NCBI GenBank assembly: GCA_005223125.1
Contig: NJBH01000005.1
Coordinates: forward strand, 96,001 to 160,000
DNA length: 64,000 nt
Reading direction: 5' to 3'
Source of the DNA: Promethearchaeota archaeon Loki_b32
GTDB lineage: Archaea > Asgardarchaeota > Lokiarchaeia > Sigyniarchaeales > SOKP01
The notes beneath the pieces are model-generated. The model was not told the DNA's origin, made no database searches, and saw only the letters and a list, made by a program, of their open reading frames with translations. Shown here piece by piece: positions 29,907 to 38,819 of the stretch. Position 1 is the stretch's first letter. Each line of letters begins with the position of its first letter. The position numbers were made by a program, and so were the translations under genes.

Positions 29907-30242
29907 TTACTTCTCGCTTAATCCGCTTAACATTCTCTCCATTTTTTTCCGATAAACTTCAAAGGATTCTCTGCCTTGTTTACTAAGCTTTAAAATCGTC
30001 TGAGGTTTTTTACCCTTAAATTTTTTTTCTACTTCCACATATCCAGCAGTTTCAAGTTTACTTAAATGAGATGATAAATTCCCATCAGTCAGTCCAGTTT
30101 GGTTTCTCAAGAAAACGAAATCAGCACTCTCAACAACATATAGATATGACATAATCATCAACCTTGCAGGTTCATGAATTATTTTATCAATATCGCTGAG
30201 AGGTTGGATAATATCGTCTGATTCCGCCTTCTTCTTTGCCAT
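29907..30242 (-). CDS. Winged-HTH transcriptional regulator (ArsR/MarR-like, HTH_34 type)
   Basis: IIHEPARLMIMSYL..DF..L...GLTDGNLSSHLSKLETAGYV. Confidence 0.9.
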   Translation of the reverse strand: MAKKKAESDDIIQPLSDIDKIIHEPARLMIMSYLYVVESADFVFLRNQTGLTDGNLSSHLSKLETAGYVEVEKKFKGKKPQTILKLSKQGRESFEVYRKKMERMLSGLSEK

Positions 30243-30252
30243 TAAGACCCAC

Positions 30253-30888
30253 CTATTCTGATAAAGGATATTTTTTTAAGAAGCGAATAAAATAATATAA
30301 TCCGATTATTACAATTGCCCCTCCAGTAATAGCAAAAGAGAGAATAATATCCAGAGGAGAACTTACAATTGGATTAAGCATTTCAGTTAAGAATAACCCA
30401 ATTCCTGCTAAAAAGGCATAAAAATACAATCGTGTAAATTCTAAATAATAAGGTACAACACAAAACGGAAGAGTAAATGCGCCCAATCCTAATACTAAAG
30501 TTAACATGAGAGGTTGGATTTGAATGTTTCTAAGTACGCCCGTAAGTGGTATAAATAGTAAAATTATATTTACTAAAAACATAAAAAGCAAAAAAATTTT
30601 TAATTTTAGCTGTTTAACCTTTCTTTTAGGGCCAAATTTAACAAAACCCATGCGCGGGATAGTAATAAACTTCTTACCTAAATAAAATATCAAGAATGCA
30701 ATTATATTCATTATTAACACTGGAATAATTGTATCCCAGCCTTCAGGTAAATTAAGTATTGTCCCAATAAATGTACTAAGACCTATACTTAAAATAATCA
30801 AGCCCATAAACAAATCCCATATCCCGTCATCAAATATTGACCTATACGCTTTTCTCTCAAGTGCTTTTAATTCATCATCTTCAGACAT
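30253..30888 (-). CDS. Six-TM membrane protein, paralog 3 of a tandem triplet
   Basis: Shared motifs LK.(L/I)E.K, DG..D...G, I..PR.G..K.G, F..KYPL. Confidence 0.8.
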   Translation of the reverse strand: MSEDDELKALERKAYRSIFDDGIWDLFMGLIILSIGLSTFIGTILNLPEGWDTIIPVLIMNIIAFLIFYLGKKFITIPRMGFVKFGPKRKVKQLKLKIFLLFMFLVNIILLFIPLTGVLRNIQIQPLMLTLVLGLGAFTLPFCVVPYYLEFTRLYFYAFLAGIGLFLTEMLNPIVSSPLDIILSFAITGGAIVIIGLYYFIRFLKKYPLSE

Positions 30889-30891
30889 TAA

Positions 30892-31530
30892 TTAACTCAC
30901 CTCCTCCTTCTTTAATGGATACTTTTTAAGAAATTTAATAAAAATGACCAATCCTATAAAAAAAATAATACCTCCTATAATCCCATATGATAAAAGCCAT
31001 CTAATTCTATAATCTATGGGATCATATAATAGCTCGTTGATGAATATAGCCAACCATATAAGCATTCCAATAAAATATAATCGTGGATATTTCATTAAAT
31101 ATGCTATAATAGCGAAAATGGGTATAAAAAATAAACCTATCATTAATATAAACATCATTCCTTCTACGTGTATTCCACGACCAATTCCAATAACTAATAG
31201 GATAACAAATGTTAAATGGATTACAAATTGAATAAAAGTAACAATGAATAACTTCTTTCTCATTGATTTTAAGGATGGACCAGGTTTAGCAATTCCTGTT
31301 CTAGGCTGAATGACGTATTTGATAATAATAAAAAGTAATAAATCTGCAATTATAACAAGAATTAATGGCCATAAAAAATATTTATGTGGTGAAGGTAGAC
31401 TCTCACGGAAAAAAGGACCAAACGCCATTCCCGTTACAACAAAACCAATAAACATATCAAAAAAACCATGTTGGTGAGCTGATTTGAGAATGTTTTTCTC
31501 AATAACTTTCAAATCAATATTCTCTGCCAT
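30892..31530 (-). CDS. Six-TM membrane protein, paralog 2 of a tandem triplet
   Basis: Same shared motifs; 3-nt and 2-nt gaps to its neighbours. Confidence 0.8.
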   Translation of the reverse strand: MAENIDLKVIEKNILKSAHQHGFFDMFIGFVVTGMAFGPFFRESLPSPHKYFLWPLILVIIADLLLFIIIKYVIQPRTGIAKPGPSLKSMRKKLFIVTFIQFVIHLTFVILLVIGIGRGIHVEGMMFILMIGLFFIPIFAIIAYLMKYPRLYFIGMLIWLAIFINELLYDPIDYRIRWLLSYGIIGGIIFFIGLVIFIKFLKKYPLKKEEVS

Positions 31531-31532
31531 TT

Positions 31533-32180
31533 TTAAGTCATCTCCTCTTTAGATAATGGGTATTTCCGAATGAATTTAATTAAAGATATAATCCCCATAG
31601 CTATTATTGCGCCACTTACAATGCTAAATACTATTAAAGTATCGAAAGGTTCAGGTATAAAAATTGAGAATAGATCTGATAAAAAGAAACTCAATCCCAC
31701 CAGCAAGCCTATAAAGTAAAAACGGGAATATTGTATGAAATAAGCGGCAAAACATATAGGAGCTGTTATAAAGAGTAATCCAAGAATTAATCCTTCTAAA
31801 TATCCAGGAAAATCCAAACTTAATTCAGGGTTAATAAACCGGATTAAAAAGAGGATTAAAAGAATAATAAAATTTATGGATAACATAATTAATGTCTTTA
31901 ATTTACGTCCTTTTCGTTTCAATCCAAATTTTACTACACCTAACCTAGGTTGAGTAATAAATTTTTTTGTAGTTAAAAAAAAAGCTAACCCAATTCCAAT
32001 AAAAATAAATGGTATAAATTTATCGAAAGGATTAGGCACCACAGGACTAAGGGTCATACCCATACCAATACCTAAAACTAATATACCAAAATAAATATCC
32101 AAAATTCCATCTTCAAAAGTAGATCTCCATGATTTTTTCTCGATTTCCTTTAAATCAATATTTTCTGTTATTTTTTTCAC
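31533..32180 (-). CDS. Six-TM membrane protein, paralog 1 of a tandem triplet (start possibly ATA at 32171)
   Basis: Same shared motifs; the called GTG lies inside an AGGTG RBS. Confidence 0.8.
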   Translation of the reverse strand: MKKITENIDLKEIEKKSWRSTFEDGILDIYFGILVLGIGMGMTLSPVVPNPFDKFIPFIFIGIGLAFFLTTKKFITQPRLGVVKFGLKRKGRKLKTLIMLSINFIILLILFLIRFINPELSLDFPGYLEGLILGLLFITAPICFAAYFIQYSRFYFIGLLVGLSFFLSDLFSIFIPEPFDTLIVFSIVSGAIIAMGIISLIKFIRKYPLSKEEMT

Positions 32181-32194
32181 CTTAATATTAAATC

Positions 32195-32290
32195 TTAGGT
32201 TATTTTATCTAAGAACATCATAGTAAGCACTACAAAAATTGCAGAAAATGCAATTATTAATATGATTCTTAAAAGTAATAACTTATCCAT
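32195..32290 (-). CDS. 31-aa single-TM microprotein, not in the ORF track
   Basis: MDKLLLLRIILIIAFSAIFVVLTMMFLDKIT*, preceded by strong RBS AAGGAGGAG, inside a co-directional operon. Confidence 0.7.
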   Translation of the reverse strand: MDKLLLLRIILIIAFSAIFVVLTMMFLDKIT

Positions 32291-32382
32291 TTATTTCTCC
32301 TCCTTTGTTTTATTTTTTTTTATTTCTTAATTGATAACTTATTAAAAAAAAAAGAAATATGTATAATTTCTTGGTTAAAATT

Positions 32383-34062
32383 TTACTCCAGTTTATTCAA
32401 TTTTTTCATGCCAAAATATAGGATTGGAAGACTAACTCCAATGATGTAAAGAAATAAAGGAATTTGTAAAACTAATCTCAGTAATTCAATACTCCTTGGT
32501 CTAAAGAACACCAATAATCCTATTGGCAAAAACAGAAGTGGTTGCAGTAGTAACATAGAGATCATAGCATTTCCTTTCATGCTTGAGTCTTTCTCACCAA
32601 AAGCAGGAGAAATACATTGAAGCCCCATAGCTTGACACATTGATATCTGTGCAAATAATAGAAATTCGATAAAGAAAATCACCGTATTTAGAAGATCAAT
32701 ATTCGAGAATATTGTAAGCATTGTGGTTATGAAAATTGTTAAGAAAACATTAAGTATTAACATCATTAGCAAATAAGAATATACAATTGCTTTTATTCCC
32801 CTTGGAGATCGCTTATAGACCCATATTAGATCCTTTGAATCAACAAATGCCAGATGTCCTATAATTATACTTCCAATTCCACCCCCCATAGCGATTAGTA
32901 TAGTGGAACTGAAGACTGTCATAAATGCATCATCATTCATTCTTGAAATAAACCAACTCATAAACCCTAAAAGCCCTACTACATAGGCAACTCTGGCAAT
33001 ATTCGCCTTTTTTCTGAAAAATCTCTTTAGTTGCAGAACTATTAAGCCACCCCACTTACGACCGGAAATTTTTCTTACAAGCACATAAAATAGATTTTCA
33101 TGCTCGATGATCGTAACACTGCTCTTTTCAATGCCTCCTTCTAAAGTATAAAACGATTCAGCTTTTTTATATGAAACATATAAAGTAATAATTGGGATAC
33201 CAACGGCTAATAGAACACTTATCCATATATTTAGAATGAATGTATTGAGTAAAACTGGATCTATAGAGTATAATATGATATTTGAAAACCATAGAGATGG
33301 ATAAAATGCCAACCAGTTTTTTAGTTCAGGGTGTTCCAATAGAAAATTAAGGAAAAACATTACGGCATACATAATAACAACCAAAATAATTGTAAATACC
33401 CATATCAAAGTCTTTCCTAAATCCCTTGCTTTTTCATTTTTTGAAATTTTATGTTCAAACCAACTTGCGATAATTGATCCTATTAGATTGGCAAAGTATA
33501 CATGACCAAAAACTGTCCCATATATTACGACATACTGAATTAAAGTCAATTCAATGATGGGATTTATCAATCCTACGATAATCGGAGCAAGTATTAATAT
33601 TGCAATAGAATATATTGGAGATTTGCCCAAGAATTCCCCTAAAAAGATATCATTTTCCTTAACTGGTGTTGCCAGCAAAGTTTCTTTGGTTGCACCTTCG
33701 TTTTCCTTATAAATATTGTTTAATGGGTATATTACAAGCACTAAAAACAACATCATCATGATAGATTCGATGGTAATTGCAACCACGGGTTTGAATACAT
33801 CGGAGAATTGAACTGCCAAAGTTGGTATAAACAAATCGAATAGATAGGGAGCGATAATCACCGCCCATATTACTAAAAGCGAATACAATGCTATAAAAAA
33901 TAATCTACGATGATTTCGAAAACTACTTGTTCTTATCCTTATCTCATTCCTTGCTATTATTTTCCATGAACTCCTTTTTTGATGTGCTAGATTAAGTGAA
34001 AATTTTCCCTTAATATTATCTGTGGATGAATCGATTACCTCCTCTTCTGTTAGAACCGTCAT
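32383..34062 (-). CDS. ABC exporter permease (ABC-2-like, about 12 TM helices)
   Basis: IARNE, ETLLATPV...IFLGEFLG; adjacent to an ABC ATPase. Confidence 0.8.
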   Translation of the reverse strand: MTVLTEEEVIDSSTDNIKGKFSLNLAHQKRSSWKIIARNEIRIRTSSFRNHRRLFFIALYSLLVIWAVIIAPYLFDLFIPTLAVQFSDVFKPVVAITIESIMMMLFLVLVIYPLNNIYKENEGATKETLLATPVKENDIFLGEFLGKSPIYSIAILILAPIIVGLINPIIELTLIQYVVIYGTVFGHVYFANLIGSIIASWFEHKISKNEKARDLGKTLIWVFTIILVVIMYAVMFFLNFLLEHPELKNWLAFYPSLWFSNIILYSIDPVLLNTFILNIWISVLLAVGIPIITLYVSYKKAESFYTLEGGIEKSSVTIIEHENLFYVLVRKISGRKWGGLIVLQLKRFFRKKANIARVAYVVGLLGFMSWFISRMNDDAFMTVFSSTILIAMGGGIGSIIIGHLAFVDSKDLIWVYKRSPRGIKAIVYSYLLMMLILNVFLTIFITTMLTIFSNIDLLNTVIFFIEFLLFAQISMCQAMGLQCISPAFGEKDSSMKGNAMISMLLLQPLLFLPIGLLVFFRPRSIELLRLVLQIPLFLYIIGVSLPILYFGMKKLNKLE

Positions 34063-34069
34063 TTATAAT

Positions 34070-34903
34070 CTACCTCGATTTTTTGCTTTTCTTTTTCTTT
34101 TTTTTACTATTATTAGATTCATGATTAATAGAATTCTCCTCTCTCCAACCAAGTAGATCATCTATATGAGAAGCCCCAGTAATTTTTAAGTATGCTTCCT
34201 CTAAAATTTCAGCACCAACAGAGTCAATTATTTCTTTTGGACTACCTTCAATTTTTAGCTGCCCATCTATAATTAACCCAATTACGTCACATAATTCTTC
34301 AGCTGTATCAAGAAGATGGGTACAAATAAAGATTGTCTTATCTGCTTTCTTAGCTAGTTGAGATATTAAATCTTTTACCATTCTAGCAGCTGCAGGATCT
34401 AAATTCGATGTAGGCTCATCCAAAAATAATATTTCAGGATCTTGAATCAATGCCGCACATAAACAGACTTTTTGCTTCATTCCTCTTGAATAGCTCTCCA
34501 AAAGATCGTTTTCTCGACCTACCAAATTGAATAACTCTATCAGTTCATTAATTCTGACGGAAATTACATCTTTTTGCAAAAAATATAATTCTCCAATAAA
34601 CTCTAAGAATTCTTTTGCGGTAAGTTTAGAGTATAGTCCAGGAGATTCTGGTAAAAAACCACATATCATTTTCACTTTCTTACTTTCAGAAACAATATCA
34701 TACCCGCCGACTGATGCATTTCCTGAAGTCTTAGAGATAATTGCATTAAGCATTCTTACAGTTGTAGTTTTTCCAGCTCCATTTGGTCCCAATAAACCAT
34801 ATGTTTTTCCATAAGGAATATTTAAAGTTAATTTGTCGACTGCAAGAACAGTACCAAAATTTTTAGAAAGATTCTGAGTTCTAATTGCGTATGCTTTACT
34901 CAT
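34070..34903 (-). CDS. ABC transporter ATP-binding protein
   Basis: GPNGAGKT, YSRGM, LFLDEPT, CTH. Confidence 0.95.
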   Translation of the reverse strand: MSKAYAIRTQNLSKNFGTVLAVDKLTLNIPYGKTYGLLGPNGAGKTTTVRMLNAIISKTSGNASVGGYDIVSESKKVKMICGFLPESPGLYSKLTAKEFLEFIGELYFLQKDVISVRINELIELFNLVGRENDLLESYSRGMKQKVCLCAALIQDPEILFLDEPTSNLDPAAARMVKDLISQLAKKADKTIFICTHLLDTAEELCDVIGLIIDGQLKIEGSPKEIIDSVGAEILEEAYLKITGASHIDDLLGWREENSINHESNNSKKKKKKSKKSR

Positions 34904-34959
34904 CTTTTTTTACCTCCTTTTATTTTTTTAATTTTTTTTTTTAATTTTAAAATTTGAAG

Positions 34960-35241
34960 TTATAATATACTTAGAATTAAATTCATGCTCTCAGTTATGA
35001 TTAAGCATGACATTAATACCCATAATACTTTTTTATATTGAAATGATTTATTTTGTTTCATTTCTAGCTCCTTCTTAGTTTCTAAATAAACTGCTGGCAT
35101 AACTATAAGAAATATTGGAATCATATATCGTTCTCCAGGTGCTGCAAACAAAAAATTATATAAAATTAATAATAAACTTACAATGTCCGAGATAACCAAT
35201 GAAGCAATCAAACCTCTCTCAGATGTATTCAAAGTTTTCAA
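34960..35241 (-). CDS. Small three-TM membrane protein, first gene of the ABC operon
   Basis: TTG start after AGGTGAGG; hydrophobic segments. Confidence 0.65.
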   Translation of the reverse strand: MKTLNTSERGLIASLVISDIVSLLLILYNFLFAAPGERYMIPIFLIVMPAVYLETKKELEMKQNKSFQYKKVLWVLMSCLIITESMNLILSIL

Positions 35242-35293
35242 TATCCCTCACCTTTTTCTTATCCATTTTTTTCATCACTTCTTTTTTTTCTAA

Positions 35294-35347
35294 ACCTAAA
35301 TTGAACTAATTGATATATTTTAAATTTGATTACCTAAATTGGACTAA
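35294..35347. repeat. 16-bp direct repeat ACCTAAATTG(A/G)ACTAA, two copies
   Basis: Copies at 35294-35309 and 35332-35347 with one mismatch. Confidence 0.7.
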
Positions 35348-35437
35348 GAGTATAAACTATGAATTTGATTTTACTTCTCTTATCCAGTGGGACTTTCTTA
35401 AGTCCCAATAATATAATAGAAAAGTTACTATTTAAAG

Positions 35438-35489
35438 CTTTGTATTGCAAAGTACAATTGAATGACAAAGTTGAGAACCAATACAAAGT
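35438..35489. promoter_or_regulatory. Candidate operator: CTTTG-N5-CAAAG palindrome plus phased CAAAGT half-sites
   Basis: CAAAGT starts at 35448, 35466 and 35484 (exact 18-bp period); adjacent to TATA-like TTTAAA at 35431-35436. Confidence 0.6.
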
Positions 35490-35704
35490 TATAATTAAAT
35501 TAATTAAAAATAATATATATTAAAAAATTGGGCAGATTTGCCTGTAAATCTGAATTATTGTAGGATAAATGTTTTAATAGACATAATATGATTTAAGAAA
35601 AAGCGAGATTCTTTAATAATTTAATAAATAAATTGAAATTTGAAGGTATAAATAATATTAAATCATATTATTATAATAATCCAAAATTACAAGTGATTTT
35701 AAAA

Positions 35705-36616
35705 ATGGAAAGTAGTTATGTCCATAGAACGATTAGGAAAAGAGAAGATGTAGGTAGACAAGGAACAATATGTTCATTAAAATTTACGCCTGATGGTAAA
35801 AATATTGTTTGTGCTTCAAAAAACTACATTGAAGTATGGGATATTGAATCTGGCAATCAAATTAGAAAAATTAAAGCGACCACAGGTACGTTTAGTTGGG
35901 TAAATGATGTTGCAGTTTCTCTAGATGGAAAATATATTGCGTCTGGAATAGAAAATATTAGAATAAAAGTGTGGGAATTTTCATCTGGAAACTTAGTATG
36001 GGAAGCTAAGACAATGAGCGCTGTCATAAAGGTTGATGTTTCTGCTGATGGGAAGTATGTAATTGGAGCAGCTACGCCATATAGTGGAATACGCACATGG
36101 GATTTGGAAACAGGGGAATTAATTGATAAATTTAAAACGGGGGGATATTCTAGGACATTTGCAATCTCGTCAGATAATAATTATATAGTTTATCAGAAGG
36201 GAAAAAAAGCCATTTATGTATGGGATGTTTCAAGCAGAACTAAAATCAGAGAACTTAAAACTAAAAAAATCGGGTGGGTTTACGCGCTCGTAATAACCCC
36301 TGATATGAAATATGTCATTAGTGGTTCATATAATAAGCGTATACATGTTTGGGATTTTTCTACAGGTGAAAAAATTACTACAATTGAGGGTCATAAGGGG
36401 CCAGTGTATTCTCTTGTATGTACTCCTGATGGAAAATATTTAATCAGTGGATCAGGGGATTGGACTATAAAAATATGGGAGATATCCACTGGTCAATTAA
36501 CTCGCACTTTAACCGGGCACAAGGGTGCGGTATTTGCGGTTGCAATCTCACCTGATGGAAAATATATTGCCGGTGGATCAACGGATCAAACTATAATAAT
36601 ATGGAAAATTACATAG
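35705..36616 (+). CDS. WD40 beta-propeller protein (start probably ATG at 35705)
   Basis: Seven repeats of GH...V......PDGKY..SGS.D.TI..W(D/E). Confidence 0.93.
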   Translation: MESSYVHRTIRKREDVGRQGTICSLKFTPDGKNIVCASKNYIEVWDIESGNQIRKIKATTGTFSWVNDVAVSLDGKYIASGIENIRIKVWEFSSGNLVWEAKTMSAVIKVDVSADGKYVIGAATPYSGIRTWDLETGELIDKFKTGGYSRTFAISSDNNYIVYQKGKKAIYVWDVSSRTKIRELKTKKIGWVYALVITPDMKYVISGSYNKRIHVWDFSTGEKITTIEGHKGPVYSLVCTPDGKYLISGSGDWTIKIWEISTGQLTRTLTGHKGAVFAVAISPDGKYIAGGSTDQTIIIWKIT

Positions 36617-36699
36617 ATACAAAATCTCTTTCAATATAGAATAGATAATAGAAGATTTTTTTGAATAAAATGAGATCAAAAAAATAATGGAATTTTTTT

Positions 36700-37017
36700 T
36701 TAATTTTCTTCTTGTTTCTTGGCTTTCTTCGTTGCCTTTGCTTGTTTCAACTCAAGGAGAGTTTTTTTTAAGTAATCTGGTTTTAAATAATAAGTTAATA
36801 TAAATGCACCTCCGACAAACATAGGAATTAAACACATCACAATGCTCAAAACATATAAACCAACATCGGAATATGCTCTCAAAGCTATAATAATGTTTAA
36901 AAAAACTAGACCTATGATAAAAGCTGCTATACCACTATTACGCGCCTTATTTAATTCTTTATCAGTAATTTCAATTTCTGAAATTTTACTTACGCCTCTC
37001 TTATATTTTAAATACAT
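36700..37017 (-). CDS. Small two-TM hypothetical protein (start uncertain)
   Basis: Two hydrophobic helices and a basic tail. Confidence 0.6.
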   Translation of the reverse strand: MYLKYKRGVSKISEIEITDKELNKARNSGIAAFIIGLVFLNIIIALRAYSDVGLYVLSIVMCLIPMFVGGAFILTYYLKPDYLKKTLLELKQAKATKKAKKQEEN

Positions 37018-37107
37018 TTCAAGATATGGGTAATCATCCTTATTTCATTCCGGAACAAAAATATTTCTTAAATTAGGAATAGATTACAAAAAATTTACGA
37101 TTAAACT

Positions 37108-37698
37108 TTAAATTTTCCTACAAACCAATTCTCCTTTTCCGATAGGCACTATCAAAGCATCTACTCGCCCATCAGCAAGTGCTTTATCCAACATCGGTTT
37201 TAAAGTTTTATAATGATTAATCGCATTATCGGCTATAAGAATACCCCCTTTAACCATATTTGGTATTACTAGATCATAACAATCTTCATAAACTTCTTTC
37301 TCAGCATCTAAAAAGCAAAAAGAAATGTTCTTATATTTTGGAATATAATCTCGTGCATCACCCTCAATTAATTCGATAACATCTTTTAAATTAGTTAACC
37401 TGAATGTTTCTCTAGCTAATTCAGCTTTTTCTTTTAAAATTTCAAATGTAATTAGTTTATTTCCATTGAGTTTACATGCAAGAACTATCCAAAGAGCAGA
37501 ATATCCTGCACTAGTCCCTATTTCTAAAAATTCCCCTTTTGGAGCACTAGCAGCGAGAAGTGATATAAATTTACCGGTTTCAGGGGGGATCTGACGGAGT
37601 CTTTTCATTCTAGGTGTCCCATCAAGTCGATCTTGAGTATCCAATTTTTCTAAGTATTCCATTCGATCTTTTATTACATCAGGTATACTATGAAACAT
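37108..37698 (-). CDS. O-methyltransferase (CCoAOMT/YrrM-like)
   Basis: [28 protein letters not shown]. Confidence 0.9.
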   Translation of the reverse strand: MFHSIPDVIKDRMEYLEKLDTQDRLDGTPRMKRLRQIPPETGKFISLLAASAPKGEFLEIGTSAGYSALWIVLACKLNGNKLITFEILKEKAELARETFRLTNLKDVIELIEGDARDYIPKYKNISFCFLDAEKEVYEDCYDLVIPNMVKGGILIADNAINHYKTLKPMLDKALADGRVDALIVPIGKGELVCRKI

Positions 37699-37738
37699 AT
37701 CTCATCAATTTGGATTATTTGAAAAATTATAAAATGAA

Positions 37739-38584
37739 TTAGATAATTTTAAAGTTTGTCATTTTGGTACTAATCTCCCAGATTCGCTTAGCATTTTCTT
37801 CATTGTAAGATTCTTCGGAAGACTTATGTTGTTCCTTTTTCGTCCAGTATTTACCTGTTATGCCCTCTACATCAGGAGACGAAGCTAGATAAATTGATGT
37901 TTCTGCTCCTTTCTCTGGACCTTTGAAAAATGCTTTTCCAAAACCCTGGCTAAATTTAGATTGATCTCGACCTAAATTAGTATTAATCAAACCAGGATGG
38001 AGAGCATTAATAGTTACACCGGTTCCTTCTAACTTCCTACTTAATTCATATGTAAAAAGCATCACTGCTAATTTTGAGACTCCATAAACTCTAAATAAAC
38101 GATACTTTTTTTTTTCACTCTGAAGATCATCAAAATCCATTTTTGCCATTCTGTGTGCTGCAGAACTTACAATAACAATTCGACTCGGAGCACTCTTTTT
38201 TATTACGTCAAGCAATAAGTTCGTCAATAAAAATGGTGCTAGGTGATTTACGGCAAAATTCATTTCAATTCCATCAACGGATAATACCCGATTTTTAAGC
38301 ATAACTCCAGCGTTATTTATTAATACGTGTAAATTTTGATATTTTTTTTTAAATTCTTCAACAAGATTTCGAATTTGCCATTGAGACGATAAATCACAGA
38401 GTAATAAATCAATATTTTTATTTCCCGTTTGATTTATTATATCTTCTCTGGCTATTTCTCCACGCTCTTTATCACGACAAACCATTATTACTGTAGCATT
38501 CATTTCAGAGAGAGCTTTTGCTGTTTCTTTACCAATCCCAGAATTTGCCCCAGTGATCATACATATTTTTCCTTCCATACTCAT
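37739..38584 (-). CDS. SDR oxidoreductase (retinol dehydrogenase-like)
   Basis: TGANSGIG, NNAG, YGVSK, LHPG. Confidence 0.92.
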   Translation of the reverse strand: MSMEGKICMITGANSGIGKETAKALSEMNATVIMVCRDKERGEIAREDIINQTGNKNIDLLLCDLSSQWQIRNLVEEFKKKYQNLHVLINNAGVMLKNRVLSVDGIEMNFAVNHLAPFLLTNLLLDVIKKSAPSRIVIVSSAAHRMAKMDFDDLQSEKKKYRLFRVYGVSKLAVMLFTYELSRKLEGTGVTINALHPGLINTNLGRDQSKFSQGFGKAFFKGPEKGAETSIYLASSPDVEGITGKYWTKKEQHKSSEESYNEENAKRIWEISTKMTNFKII

Positions 38585-38819
38585 GGTCTACAATTCCTTC
38601 CAATTAATATTATAGTACGTATTTTTTTTGACTTATTAAATGAGATGATTAATTTTTAAAAAGAAGTAAAACATCCCTTAATCCTAAATATAGTTATATT
38701 CTCTAATCTTTAAGTTTTATTGATGTTTTATTTCAATGATATTAGGTATCTTAATATTTGAATTAGGTTCTTTCATGAAGGTAAAAAATCGGATAACATT
38801 ACGTAAACGAGGAAAACGA

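Noticed and set aside
35705-36616. WD40 protein as a G-beta or coatomer ortholog
   Set aside because: It has generic prokaryote-type WD40 repeats with no solenoid fusion and no linkage to the GTPases.
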